DNA of 64,000 bases from Microgenomates group bacterium (GCA_041659805.1 JBAZXP010000001.1:880224-944223), one strand, 5' to 3'. Numbered from the stretch's first letter, positions 47,903 to 57,895 are shown. Notes: generated from the sequence alone by a model not told the origin. Numbers and translations are program-made.

Positions 47903-48791
47903 TTAGCTTTTTCTTAAGTTTCCTTGGAAGTACTCTTAGGTTAGTTTTTGTTGTTCCGAACCTGATCCTCCAACTTATTTTAGCATTATAACAATGTTTA
48001 ATTAATCTTTGTAGTACCAAGTTTCGCTTTTTACCCGAGGTCATTGCACGGGCAATTAGCGATAAATCCTGTATAAAAACCCTTTTAGAACGATTATAAA
48101 ATACGACCACACCGATAATAAATATTACTAGCGGCGCAAGAGCATCCTGGAAATAACCGCCCCGCAATAAATACTCTGCAAGAAACCTTTCCAGACCCAA
48201 AAGCATCAGAGTAATTGATACGATTTTCCCGTTGAAATGAAAACGGGTAGCATTTTTCCATAGCCAAAAGAAAAATAATAAGTATATAAAACTTTCAAAA
48301 ATATTTACAGGAAGTCTTTTGCCGATTAAACCTACCACAGGTACTGCAACCGGCAAAGAAGAAACTACTCCATAACCACACCCTCCAAGAAAACAACCGA
48401 AGCTGCCAAAAACCAAGCCCATCATAAGCCCCACAGCAGCCATGTCAGCAATCTGCCAAAAATTTAATTTAGCCCTCATGGTTAATAACTTAAGTGTAAG
48501 CACACCACCAATCAGCGCACCCCATAAAGCAAGCCCCGGATAAAGATTAATCAAAAAAATATGGGAAAGATTAGTAAAATATCGGAGATTCAAGAGTATA
48601 AAATATGCTCTTGCAAAAATTAAACCTCCGAAAAAAGTAAGCAAACCTAAATCTAAAATTTTACTTTCATCCAGATCATATGCTTTAGCCAGTCTCCATG
48701 CAACAAAAGTAGCAGCTAAAAAACCCAGGGCTAAGAATAATCCGAAAGAAGAAACCGGAATGGCACCTATAGAAAATAAAATCGGTAACAT
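47874..48791 (-). CDS. lgt: Prolipoprotein diacylglyceryl transferase family protein
   Basis: MLPILFSIG...SSFG, ARAYF, GLALWG, ADMAA, GCFLGG, E..RF..EYLLRG; start ATG 48791; motifs divergent. Confidence 0.8.
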   Translation of the reverse strand: MLPILFSIGAIPVSSFGLFLALGFLAATFVAWRLAKAYDLDESKILDLGLLTFFGGLIFARAYFILLNLRYFTNLSHIFLINLYPGLALWGALIGGVLTLKLLTMRAKLNFWQIADMAAVGLMMGLVFGSFGCFLGGCGYGVVSSLPVAVPVVGLIGKRLPVNIFESFIYLLFFFWLWKNATRFHFNGKIVSITLMLLGLERFLAEYLLRGGYFQDALAPLVIFIIGVVVFYNRSKRVFIQDLSLIARAMTSGKKRNLVLQRLIKHCYNAKISWRIRFGTTKTNLRVLPRKLKKKLNVKSTPRNY

Positions 48792-48859
48792 AATTGGTAT
48801 GATACCAAATTTTGACTTATACTTCCTCCCCTTGTTATACTGATTATTAGACAAAAGTT

Positions 48860-49303
48860 ATGACTGCAACTGCACACGCATTAATCGGAGGAGCTGTTGC
48901 CTCAACAATATCCAGCCCGGAGCTTGGCTTAAGCCTTGCTTTTATTTCACACCCCCTGCTTGATCTAATCCCACATTGGGATTTTGCCAACAATTGGAGA
49001 ACAAAAAATAAAACAAAATTATTTATTGAGGCATCGCTTGATCTGTCCTTTGGAGTAATCCTGACTTATATATTATTTGGCCAGGGTGTAAATATGTGGT
49101 ATTTTTTTGGCTGTATCTTTGTGAGCGAAGTATGGGATATTATTGAAGCACCTTATTGGCTTCTTAATTGGAAATTCCCACCAATCTCCTGGGTTTATAA
49201 TATTCAATCAAGAATGCAGGGAAAAGCTCCGCTTCCATGGGGAATAATTACACAAATAGTAACTGTTGTGTTGGCAACAGTTGTACTACAAAGCCTTACT
49301 TAA
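48860..49303 (+). CDS. Membrane metal-dependent hydrolase-like protein (YdjM-like)
   Basis: MTATAHALIG, SHPLLDLIPHWD. Confidence 0.7.
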   Translation: MTATAHALIGGAVASTISSPELGLSLAFISHPLLDLIPHWDFANNWRTKNKTKLFIEASLDLSFGVILTYILFGQGVNMWYFFGCIFVSEVWDIIEAPYWLLNWKFPPISWVYNIQSRMQGKAPLPWGIITQIVTVVLATVVLQSLT

Positions 49304-49856
49304 CTCTTTCAATATATTGACCTGAACGGGTATCTACTTTTACTTTATCTCCGACTTTCATAAACATCGGAACTTTAACAGTCAAACCATTATCCAAAGT
49401 TGCGTCTTTGTAAACATTGGAAACTGTATTTCCTTTTTCACCAGGACCTGTTTCTGAAATTTCATAGATTAGAGTATTCGGAAGCTCTAAACCAAGTGCA
49501 GTATCATCAGCCACAATCAATATAACATCCAGCCCGTCCTTTAGGAATTTACCAGCATCCCCCACTGTATCTTTGGAAATTGGGAATTGCTCAAATGAAA
49601 CAGGGTCCATGAAATTGTATGTTTCACCATCTGCATACAAAAACTGGGTTTTTTTCTTCTCTACTCCTGCTTCTTCAACCCTGGCTCCTGTGATAAAAGA
49701 TTTTTCTGATGTGGCTCCTGTTTTTAAATTTCTGATCTTAACTTTAATATTCCCTGATCCCCTACCCATTTTTATGTGCTCATAAGTAACAACCTGCCAG
49801 AGCTGGTTGTCTTCTTTAAAAACCACACCATTTCTTAAATCGTTTACGTTTATCAT
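49296..49856 (-). CDS. efp: Elongation factor P
   Basis: MINVNDLRNG, HIKMGRGSG, FMDP..FEQ, VPMF, VDTRSGQYIER. Confidence 0.96.
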   Translation of the reverse strand: MINVNDLRNGVVFKEDNQLWQVVTYEHIKMGRGSGNIKVKIRNLKTGATSEKSFITGARVEEAGVEKKKTQFLYADGETYNFMDPVSFEQFPISKDTVGDAGKFLKDGLDVILIVADDTALGLELPNTLIYEISETGPGEKGNTVSNVYKDATLDNGLTVKVPMFMKVGDKVKVDTRSGQYIERVK

Positions 49857-51313
49857 TGTGAGATTAATTCTACCAAAGTTTTTATGCCTATTCCAGTAGC
49901 TCCCGGTGAACTGTAAGGACTGGCATTTAAGTCCCAAGCTGTACCTGCAATATCTAAATGAATCCAGGGGGTATTTTCTTCTATTACAGTTTCAATAAAT
50001 TTAGCTGCAGTAATCGATCCTGCTGAAGAAGGAATAGGACCTCCATGAGCTATATTAGAAATATCGGCAATATCAGATTTAATCATGTCAGTATACTCTT
50101 CTCCCAAAGGCATCTTCCAAAATTTTTCGCCTACAGTTGCTCCCAAATTTATAAATTTTTCTGAAAACATATCATTATTACTAAAAAGACCGGTAATTTT
50201 ATGGCCCAAAGACACAACCATTGCTCCTGTTAAAGTAGCCAAATCGATTACTTTGGTTGCTTTTAAATCTTTTTGAGCTAAGGTAACCACATCCATCAAA
50301 ACCAGCCTTCCTTCGGCGTCAGTATTTAAAATTTCTACGGTTTTACCATTGTAACTTTTTATAATATCCCCCGGTTTTAAGGCTTTACCTGAAGGTAAAT
50401 TTTCAGTTAATGCTAAAACAGCCGAAACATTAACACGGGGTTTAAGTTCACCAATAATTTGCATCACTCCTAAAACATTGGCAGCCCCGCACATATCATA
50501 TTTCATCTCATGCATACCTGAACTTGGTTTTATGGAGATTCCGCCTGAATCAAAAGTTAAGCCTTTTCCGACTAATCCGTATTTGTCCTTACTTCTGGGA
50601 TTTCCTAAATATTCCATCGTCACAATAAAGGACGGTTCGTCTGATCCTTTTGCAACTCCTGCAAATCCACCCATACCCTTTTTTGAAGCCATTTTCTCAT
50701 CAATTACAGCAATTTTCAGTTTATAATCTTTGGCAATTTTTTTAGCTGCTTCCACAAAATATGAAGGCGTTACTTCATTTGCAGGCAAATCCCCCAGCAT
50801 TCTGGCCAAATTTATGCCACCTGCAACAACGGAAGCTTTTTTAATTGCAATTTTATCTTCTCCCCTAGCTTTTTCCAGATAAATTTGTAAACCGCCAAGT
50901 TTTGTAGGTTCTTTTTCTGTTTTGAATCTGGTTGAAGGATCATGAAAAGCAATTTCTGCACCCAGGACAAGCGCATAAATCACAGCATCTGAAGATAATT
51001 GTTCTGACTCAGCTGGTGGAATTAATGTAGCGTCCTTGAATTTATTAATTAAATATTTAGAAACCGTGCCTCCGAAATTCTGACAAGTTTCAAAATTAAA
51101 TTTGTCCTTCTCCCCCACTCCAACCAAAAGAAAACTTTGCTCAGCATTAAATAAGAGTTGTAGCTCATTGGGTTGTCCAAATTTAGGATTATCCTTCAAA
51201 AAATCCTGAATCAGCTGATTCTTGAATTGTGGCACTTCATTTAAAAAAACCGGGATAGCAATAATCTTAACTTCTTTCAGAGACTCTTGGTCTGTAGATA
51301 GCTGAATTCTCAT
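49853..51313 (-). CDS. pepA: Leucyl aminopeptidase (M17)
   Basis: VGKGLTFDSGG, MKYDMCG, NTDAEGRL, DLATLTGA, WIHLDIAG. Confidence 0.96.
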   Translation of the reverse strand: MRIQLSTDQESLKEVKIIAIPVFLNEVPQFKNQLIQDFLKDNPKFGQPNELQLLFNAEQSFLLVGVGEKDKFNFETCQNFGGTVSKYLINKFKDATLIPPAESEQLSSDAVIYALVLGAEIAFHDPSTRFKTEKEPTKLGGLQIYLEKARGEDKIAIKKASVVAGGINLARMLGDLPANEVTPSYFVEAAKKIAKDYKLKIAVIDEKMASKKGMGGFAGVAKGSDEPSFIVTMEYLGNPRSKDKYGLVGKGLTFDSGGISIKPSSGMHEMKYDMCGAANVLGVMQIIGELKPRVNVSAVLALTENLPSGKALKPGDIIKSYNGKTVEILNTDAEGRLVLMDVVTLAQKDLKATKVIDLATLTGAMVVSLGHKITGLFSNNDMFSEKFINLGATVGEKFWKMPLGEEYTDMIKSDIADISNIAHGGPIPSSAGSITAAKFIETVIEENTPWIHLDIAGTAWDLNASPYSSPGATGIGIKTLVELISQ

Positions 51314-51353
51314 GAGGCTAATGATACGCTTATGTGCTCAGTAAGTCAATTCC

Positions 51354-51382
51354 AGCCTTGTAAGGACCAACCTTGCACGGCT
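51354..51382. repeat. REP-like palindrome copy 1 (upstream of RAYT)
   Basis: AGCCTTGTAAGG-ACCAA-CCTTGCACGGCT. Confidence 0.85.
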
Positions 51383-51407
51383 AATAAAAATTTAGTAAGT
51401 TATTCTT

Positions 51408-52091
51408 ATGCCATCAAGAAACAGAGTTAAGCAATATCTTGATAATGGTTATTACCATATCTACAACAGAGGTGTTGAAAAAAGGTTGATCTTTCTTGAT
51501 GAACAAGATTATGCAGTTTTCGTCTCTTATTTACGGGATTACTTATCACCAAAAGATGAAAAGACATTAATAACTAAGCTTTCTGACCCAAGCACATACT
51601 ATAAAGACAAGGATAAGATTCTAAAATTACTCCGATTAAAAAACTTTGCTGACAATATAACTTTATTAGCTTATTGTCTTATGCCAAATCATTTCCATTT
51701 ATTTATAAAACAAACTGAAGCAAAATCAATTGATAAATTTATGAGATCCCTTGCCACAAGATATACTATGTACTTCAACCAAAAATATAAAAGGGTAGGC
51801 AATTTATGTCAGGATATTTATAAGGCAGTACTTGTAAACACCACAGAACAATTTCTTTATCTCTCTGCCTATATTCATTCCCAAGCTTTACCCTTGCAAG
51901 GACCAACCCTACGAGGCTATAAATATATATCATCTTATTCAGAATATCTTGGAATACAACAAACGGAATGGATTCGTCCTGAAGAAATTCTTTCTCTCTT
52001 CTCTAAAACTAACCCCAATCTTTCTTACAAATCATTTGTAGAAAAAACTAATGATTTCTCTATCATTCAGCAAATTACTGTTGATATCTAG
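51408..52091 (+). mobile_element. REP-associated tyrosine transposase (RAYT; Y1/HUH)
   Basis: YYHIYNRG, AYCLMPNHFHL (HUH), YFNQKY.R.G.L, YIH, SSY; flanked by REP-like repeats. Confidence 0.9.
51890..51918. repeat. REP-like copy 2 (inside the RAYT coding sequence)
   Basis: ACCCTTGCAAGG-ACCAA-CCCTACGAGGCT. Confidence 0.8.
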
Positions 52092-52118
52092 CCTCTCAAG
52101 GACCAACCCTGCAAGGCT
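52090..52118. repeat. REP-like copy 3 (overlapping the RAYT stop)
   Basis: AGCCTCTCAAGG-ACCAA-CCCTGCAAGGCT. Confidence 0.85.
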
Positions 52119-52191
52119 AACAATGACAAAGTAGTTTATTTTAAGTATAATTTCAGAGTAAATGCCGAAGTGCTATAGCACTGAGCTTTTT

Positions 52192-52274
52192 GCCGAAGTG
52201 GCGGAATGGTATACGCGGTAGTCTCAAAAACTACTGATCGCAAGGTCTTGTGGGTTCGACTCCCACCTTCGGCA
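52192..52274 (+). tRNA. tRNA-Leu(CAA)
   Basis: Acceptor GCCGAAG/CTTCGGC, anticodon arm GTAGT-CTCAAAA-ACTAC, long variable arm, GGTTCGACTCC; CCA not encoded. Confidence 0.96.
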
Positions 52275-52307
52275 CACAATAGGTCAAGTTTTATTTTTTT
52301 GATTCTT

Positions 52308-53030
52308 ATGAGTAAAAATATAAAACTTATAACTGATCCGGAAAAATCCTCACAACAACCTCATAAATATTTAGGTATTTTAGGAATGATCTGGTTAACT
52401 TTTTTAATTATTGCTGTATTTACAGCTGCCAAGACATTTTCTGTAGGTCAAATTACTTTTTCTGTCGCGATTCTTAATTATCCATTCGTGTATATTTTTG
52501 CAGATATTTTTACTGAAGTTTATGGGTATAGAGTTACCCGCAAAATTGTATGGACAGGATTTTTTTGCATACTTCTTGCCACTTCAATTGCTTACCTCTA
52601 TAGTCTCATCCCTCCAACCCCTACTTTTACTAGCAATGATGCTTTCACTATTATTTTCCGGGCCAGTCCAATCATTGCTTTAGCAAATATCGTTAGTACT
52701 TTTTCAGGTGAGATAACCAATTCATTTGTCGTTGCTAAAGTAAAATTATTAACCGGTAATTCACATAAGTGGTTAAGGTGGATAAGTTCAACTTTTTTTG
52801 GACAAATAGTTGATAATGGAATTTTTTTCACTGCAACTTTTCTTGCTGCCGGATTATACACAGCCAAAGAAATTTTCCCATTAATTTTAAGTTCAGTAAT
52901 TTTTTGTACTACTTGGGAGATATTTGCACTCCCCATAACTTACAGAGTAATTAAGCTGATAAAACAAAAAGAGGGTCTTGATACTTATGACCATGGAACA
53001 GATTTTAATCCGCTTAATCTGCGCCAGTAG
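52308..53030 (+). CDS. Queuosine precursor transporter (VUT/YhhQ family)
   Basis: YPFVYIFADIFTEVYGY, R..STFFGQIVD, EG.D.YD..TDFNP; start after the tRNA at ATG 52308. Confidence 0.9.
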   Translation: MSKNIKLITDPEKSSQQPHKYLGILGMIWLTFLIIAVFTAAKTFSVGQITFSVAILNYPFVYIFADIFTEVYGYRVTRKIVWTGFFCILLATSIAYLYSLIPPTPTFTSNDAFTIIFRASPIIALANIVSTFSGEITNSFVVAKVKLLTGNSHKWLRWISSTFFGQIVDNGIFFTATFLAAGLYTAKEIFPLILSSVIFCTTWEIFALPITYRVIKLIKQKEGLDTYDHGTDFNPLNLRQ

Positions 53031-53280
53031 TTTTATCTAAATATTTAAATCTGGGGACTGATTTGCCCTCCACAACTATGTTTTCCAAGAACATTTTCTT
53101 TGGTCTTACCCATAAAGCATTTTCGTCGTAATCAGGGTGATTATATAAAGCCTTATAAACTACCAGCTCTTCCAGAGTTTCACTATGATGTGCTATTCCC
53201 ACAACTTCATAAAAGTTTCCCTTGAAATGCTGATATCTGCCTAGTTTAACTTTAGGACTATTTGCCATCTGATTCTTCAT
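53014..53280 (-). CDS. DUF1653 family protein
   Basis: GRYQHFKGNFYEV..IA.HSET.EELVVYKALY...WVRP..MF; start 53280 or 53268. Confidence 0.9.
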   Translation of the reverse strand: MKNQMANSPKVKLGRYQHFKGNFYEVVGIAHHSETLEELVVYKALYNHPDYDENALWVRPKKMFLENIVVEGKSVPRFKYLDKTTGAD

Positions 53281-54607
53281 GAGGCGGTCTTCCTCTTCCT
53301 CTTTCCATACCATAAAACTTTACCTTTTCTGGGATAAACATTAATTTAATCTCTCCTGTAGGACCATTTCTGTGTTTTTGAATATCCAAAGTTGTGTCTT
53401 TCATATTGTCTGCGTCCTCTCGATAGATAAACATAACAACGTCGGCATCCTGTTCAATTGCTCCTGATTCCCTAAGGTCAGCCAATTGCGGTCTTCTTGA
53501 ACCCCTTGACTCAACAGCACGAGATAGCTGAGACACACAAAGAACAGGCACTTTTAATTCCCTGGCTAAATTTTTAAGTCCCTGTGAAATTTCAGAAACC
53601 TCCTGAACCCTGTTTTCCTGTCCCCTACCATGAATAAGTTGCAAATAGTCCACAATCAGGAGTTTCAAACCATGTTCCATCTGCAATCTTCTGGCCTTTG
53701 TCCTGATATCTGCTAAAGATACACCCGGAGTATCATCAATAAATAAAGGTGCCTCCGCCAATTCTCCGTAAGCATGGGAGATTCTATCAAAATCATTATC
53801 ATCCAGCTTTCCTGTTTTTAATTTCCAGGCTTCAATTTCAGATTTTGAAACAATAATCCTATCTACCAACTCTTCCTGAGACATTTCCAAAGAAAAAATA
53901 CCTACAGGCATACCTGCTTTTACAGCCACATGTTCTGCCACATTAAGCACGAACGATGTTTTTCCCTGACCGGGACGGGCAGCAAAAATAATCAAGTTTG
54001 ATTCCTGCATACCAGCCAATTTATTGTCTAAATCCTTAAACCCTGTCGGAACTCCACGTAATTTTCCTGAAGTTTTTTGCAACTCATCTAATCTATCAAA
54101 TGAAACAGTTAATAAATCCTTAAGAGGCACAAAATCACGTTTCAAACTAGCTTGGGACAGAGAAAAAATCCCCTGCTCAGCGTTTTCCAGTAAAGTGGGA
54201 ACAGGCACCGACTCGTCATAAGCCGTTTCTACCAATTTAGTTGCCTGAGAAATTAACCCGCGGCGGATGGCGTGTTCCTTGATAATCCTGGCATAATGTT
54301 CAATATGTGCAGAGGTTGGGACAATATTAACCAAGGTTGACAGGTAGGCTGATCCTCCTACAATATCCAGACTTTCTCCCTGACGGAGTTTTTCCGTAAC
54401 CGTCACCAAATCAATCGGTTCACGCTTATCATAAAGATTAAGGATTGCTTCATAAATCTTGCCGTGTTGTTCGGAACGGTAAAAATGGTGGGGAGCAACT
54501 ATTTCAGCAATCTTGATTACAGCATCTTTATCAATAAGAAGTGCCCCTAAAAGGGACTGTTCAGCTTCAATATTTTGCGGCGGAAGTTTCGATGTTTGAC
54601 TAGCCAT
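53258..54607 (-). CDS. dnaB: Replicative DNA helicase
   Basis: PPQNIEAEQ, AARPGQGKT, FSLEM, VDYLQL, SQLSR, DLRESGAIEQDAD, KHRNGP. Confidence 0.97.
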   Translation of the reverse strand: MASQTSKLPPQNIEAEQSLLGALLIDKDAVIKIAEIVAPHHFYRSEQHGKIYEAILNLYDKREPIDLVTVTEKLRQGESLDIVGGSAYLSTLVNIVPTSAHIEHYARIIKEHAIRRGLISQATKLVETAYDESVPVPTLLENAEQGIFSLSQASLKRDFVPLKDLLTVSFDRLDELQKTSGKLRGVPTGFKDLDNKLAGMQESNLIIFAARPGQGKTSFVLNVAEHVAVKAGMPVGIFSLEMSQEELVDRIIVSKSEIEAWKLKTGKLDDNDFDRISHAYGELAEAPLFIDDTPGVSLADIRTKARRLQMEHGLKLLIVDYLQLIHGRGQENRVQEVSEISQGLKNLARELKVPVLCVSQLSRAVESRGSRRPQLADLRESGAIEQDADVVMFIYREDADNMKDTTLDIQKHRNGPTGEIKLMFIPEKVKFYGMERGRGRPPHEESDGK

Positions 54608-54621
54608 AAAGCTTATTTATC

Positions 54622-55266
54622 TTAGCTTTTGGACAGAACCACAACTATTGTGGCTTCAGGCAGTTTATCACGGGTTATTGATAATTTTGGTTGCACTTCT
54701 GCGTTTTCCGCACCCATTTCTTTTAGAAACGCATCTACTTTTTCAAGCCCCTCAATTTTTAATTCCGGAATCAGGTAATGCATTGGGATGACGATTTTTG
54801 GCTCCAACTGAGCCACAACTTCTACAGCCAGTTCTGCATCCAAGGAAAATTTACCACCCACAGGAATCATTAATATATCTGTGCTATCAATTTTACTCAA
54901 CTGACTCTCAGTTAATTTATGTCCTAAATCCCCAAGATGCACAATGTTAATTCCATCCACTAATAAATGATATGCAGTATTTGTGCCTTTTTCTGCGCCG
55001 TTTGCATTGTCATGAAAAGTGGCAATCCCTTCAACGCTTACCCCGGCAACCTCATATTCACCTGGTCCGGCAATCACCAAAGGCGATCCGGTTACAGCCG
55101 CAACATTATTATGATCTTCATGAGAATGAGTGGATAGCGCAACTTGAGCATCTAAATCCTTAGGTAATTTTAATCCTGTGAATTCGGGATTAAAGGGATC
55201 AATAACTATGGTTGCGGTTTTACCTTTAATTTTAAAACAAGATTGGCCAAGCCAATAAATATCCAT
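54622..55266 (-). CDS. MBL-fold metallo-hydrolase
   Basis: WLGQSCF, THSHEDH, HLGDLG, IPVGG, IPMHY. Confidence 0.9.
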   Translation of the reverse strand: MDIYWLGQSCFKIKGKTATIVIDPFNPEFTGLKLPKDLDAQVALSTHSHEDHNNVAAVTGSPLVIAGPGEYEVAGVSVEGIATFHDNANGAEKGTNTAYHLLVDGINIVHLGDLGHKLTESQLSKIDSTDILMIPVGGKFSLDAELAVEVVAQLEPKIVIPMHYLIPELKIEGLEKVDAFLKEMGAENAEVQPKLSITRDKLPEATIVVVLSKS

Positions 55267-55349
55267 GGCGAAATATTACCATAAATTTTGCCACAATCAC
55301 AAGATGACTTTAATATATTAATCTATTGCTTCTGGGGTATAATAGATTG

Positions 55350-55868
55350 GTGCATCTGACCCGAGTAACTGAAAATTCTGTCCAAACTGAACCTGACAAG
55401 ATATCCCTTGAGGTAAGCAATTTTGATAAGTTAAAACAAAAAATGACTAAAAATTTAGGTACTAGCTCTTTTATTTTTTCAATGATCTTAATTTTGCTTG
55501 TGGCTTTGGGATTTTTTATGTATCTACATTTTTTTGTAAACCCTAAAGAAGAACCCTCAACCATTCTTAATTACCAACCAGTTACCACCAATCCCTTAAG
55601 CTTAACTTTAAACCTTTCCAGTCCTGATGATAACTTGTTGGTATACGATACCAATCTTCTTGTTTCAGGCCAAACTACATCCGGAACTTTGGTTTTAATA
55701 ACTATTAATGAAAACAATCAAACCTTAAACGCCTCAAAGCAGGGAGATTTTTCTCAAACCGTTAAATTGCAGTCAGGAATCAATCAAGTAATCGTGTCTG
55801 TTTTTGATAATCAGGGAAATTATAAAAGTGAAGAAAGATCCATTTACTATTCAGAGGAGAAGCTATAA
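55350..55868 (+). CDS. Membrane-anchored protein with Ig-like domain
   Basis: TM helix, then SPDD...VSGQT...GDFS..V.L..G.N; start uncertain (GTG 55350 after TATAAT, or ATG 55443). Confidence 0.7.
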   Translation: MHLTRVTENSVQTEPDKISLEVSNFDKLKQKMTKNLGTSSFIFSMILILLVALGFFMYLHFFVNPKEEPSTILNYQPVTTNPLSLTLNLSSPDDNLLVYDTNLLVSGQTTSGTLVLITINENNQTLNASKQGDFSQTVKLQSGINQVIVSVFDNQGNYKSEERSIYYSEEKL

Positions 55869-55872
55869 AAAA

Positions 55873-56661
55873 ATGTATAATTTAAAATTTAAAATTAATA
55901 ATTTCAGGAAAATAATAATTATTTTTGTTTTCTCATTCTTCATTCTTCATTCTTCATTCTTCATTCCCAAAGCTTTTGCTGCAGATTCCTCACCCAGCGC
56001 TGACATAAAAGAAAAGCTCAAACTCCTGCAAGAAGAAATTGCCTCACGAGCTGCAAACATTAAAAATGAAGTCAGTAAAAAACTTTTGAACAAAGCTTAT
56101 ATTGGAGAAATTACAACAAAAGATACAACTTCATTAACTGTAAACCTGAAATCAGGCCCAGGAAATATAACCATAAATGAATTTACTGAATATATTATTA
56201 AATCAAAAACATATACAGGAGATGCAGGATTGAAAAATCTGAATATTTCAGATTTCATTGCTGCTTTAGGAGACGCTGATGATAAAGGAGTTGTAACTGC
56301 CAAACAAATCGTTAAAATCACCAAACCAAACCCTAAAAAGATTGTTTATGGAATTTTAATAACTGTTGGCAAAGACTCAACCACTTTAAAAACCAACCAA
56401 AACGATCAGTTTTCAATAAATTTTGATAAAAATACTGATTATCAATTAAATAGCGTAGACAGCAGTTTTAAAGAAATTAAAGAAAACAGATGGATTATTG
56501 TAGTGGGAGAAGAAATTAAACCAGTTGAAAACAAAGCTAGCACGGTCTCTGCAACTCCTGCACCTCCCCCTGTTCTTTTGGCAAAATTCGTCTATATTTT
56601 CCCGAGTGGTATTACACCCAAACCTAAAGCTTCTACTCCCTCAACTACTATAAAACCTTAA
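55873..56661 (+). CDS. Secreted hypothetical protein (two repeated beta domains)
   Basis: Signal peptide (AFA|A), two similar G.I...T.Y modules, Pro-rich tail. Confidence 0.7.
   Translation: MYNLKFKINNFRKIIIIFVFSFFILHSSFFIPKAFAADSSPSADIKEKLKLLQEEIASRAANIKNEVSKKLLNKAYIGEITTKDTTSLTVNLKSGPGNITINEFTEYIIKSKTYTGDAGLKNLNISDFIAALGDADDKGVVTAKQIVKITKPNPKKIVYGILITVGKDSTTLKTNQNDQFSINFDKNTDYQLNSVDSSFKEIKENRWIIVVGEEIKPVENKASTVSATPAPPPVLLAKFVYIFPSGITPKPKASTPSTTIKP
55933..55966 (+). repeat. Perfect heptamer tandem repeat in a signal-peptide coding region
   Basis: (TCATTCT)x4 + TCATTC. Confidence 0.85.
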
Positions 56662-57761
56662 AGATATTCTTCCTGATTGTTTTCTTTGAGTTTTTCTATC
56701 ACTTTTTTTACATCCTGAGTTTTATCCTTATGACAAATTAAAATGGCATCTTTGGTATCAACCACAACAATATCTTTTAAGCCAATCATGGCAATTAATT
56801 TTTGATTTCCTTCCACTAAACAATTCTCACTGTTTACATTAATCAGTAGACCATCTTCATCATCTACCACGTTGCCATTTTCATCTTTTTGTTTGGTATC
56901 ATAAATAACTTTCCAATCCCCCACATCATTCCAACCAAAATCCCCAGGGATTACCACCAAATTATCAATTTTTTCAGAGACAGCCACGTCAATTTGAACA
57001 TTTTCTGCTTTCTCATAAATATTCTTAACCACTTCCTTCTCGTCTTGTGTTTCAAGACTATCATATATCCTTTCTAATTCTTTATTTAAAGCAGGTGCAT
57101 TTTTACCTATTGCCTTAGAGATTACCTCAACTGACCAGCAATACAAATTTGCGTTCCATAAATAGTTGCCCGAATCCAAAAATTTCTGGGCAGTTTCCAA
57201 GTCAGGCTTTTCTTTAAAACCATCTCCTTTATATACAGATACAGTTTCATTGGAATATTTATCTAAGTGTGTTCCTGTTTTTATATAACCCAAACCGGTA
57301 TGAGCGAATGTCGGTTTAATCCCGATTGAAACAATATGATCATCTGAACCTGCAACCACCAAAGCACCATTAATCGTTTGCCTGAAAGTATTTTCATCCT
57401 CAATTAATTGATCTGCTGCCAGATTTACGATTACTGCTTTTGGATCTCTTTTTCTGACAACAGTTGAGGCATAACCCATGGCCAAAGCTGTATTTTTACC
57501 CATCGGCTCTGCAATAATGTTTTCTTCCAAAAGTTCTGGAAGCTGCTCTTTTATATCATTAACATAACTTTCCAGGGTAATTAAAAAAATTCTTTCTTTG
57601 GGAATAAGAGGCACAATTCTATCAAAAGTTTGTTGCACCATGGTTTTTTTACCATAAAGTTTTAGTAAATGTTTAGGAGTTTTTTTGCGGGATTTTGGCC
57701 ATAATCTGGTTCCCCCACCCCCTGCTAAAATCACAGCATAAAAATTATCAGAATTTCCCAT
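56658..57761 (-). CDS. manC: Mannose-1-phosphate guanylyltransferase
   Basis: ILAGGGGTRLWPKSR..PK, EPMGKNTA, GLGYI, FKEKP, YLWN, WNDVG. Confidence 0.93.
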   Translation of the reverse strand: MGNSDNFYAVILAGGGGTRLWPKSRKKTPKHLLKLYGKKTMVQQTFDRIVPLIPKERIFLITLESYVNDIKEQLPELLEENIIAEPMGKNTALAMGYASTVVRKRDPKAVIVNLAADQLIEDENTFRQTINGALVVAGSDDHIVSIGIKPTFAHTGLGYIKTGTHLDKYSNETVSVYKGDGFKEKPDLETAQKFLDSGNYLWNANLYCWSVEVISKAIGKNAPALNKELERIYDSLETQDEKEVVKNIYEKAENVQIDVAVSEKIDNLVVIPGDFGWNDVGDWKVIYDTKQKDENGNVVDDEDGLLINVNSENCLVEGNQKLIAMIGLKDIVVVDTKDAILICHKDKTQDVKKVIEKLKENNQEEYL

Positions 57762-57816
57762 TCGCTTACCCAATATACACCACCCTTTATAAATCTTTCA
57801 AGTCTTGAGTAGATTT

Positions 57817-57839
57817 CATCCCACCCCAAGGGTGGGATG
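57817..57839. repeat. GC-rich palindrome between divergent manC and hisS
   Basis: CATCCCACCC-CAA-GGGTGGGATG. Confidence 0.65.
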
Positions 57840-57895
57840 TTTTACACAATAGCCTTTTTGCGCTAAACCTGCTTTTTATGAGATAATAACTTAAT

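Noticed and set aside
52206-52307. 5' extension of the VUT transporter ORF
   Set aside because: It overlaps the tRNA-Leu gene; the real start is ATG 52308.
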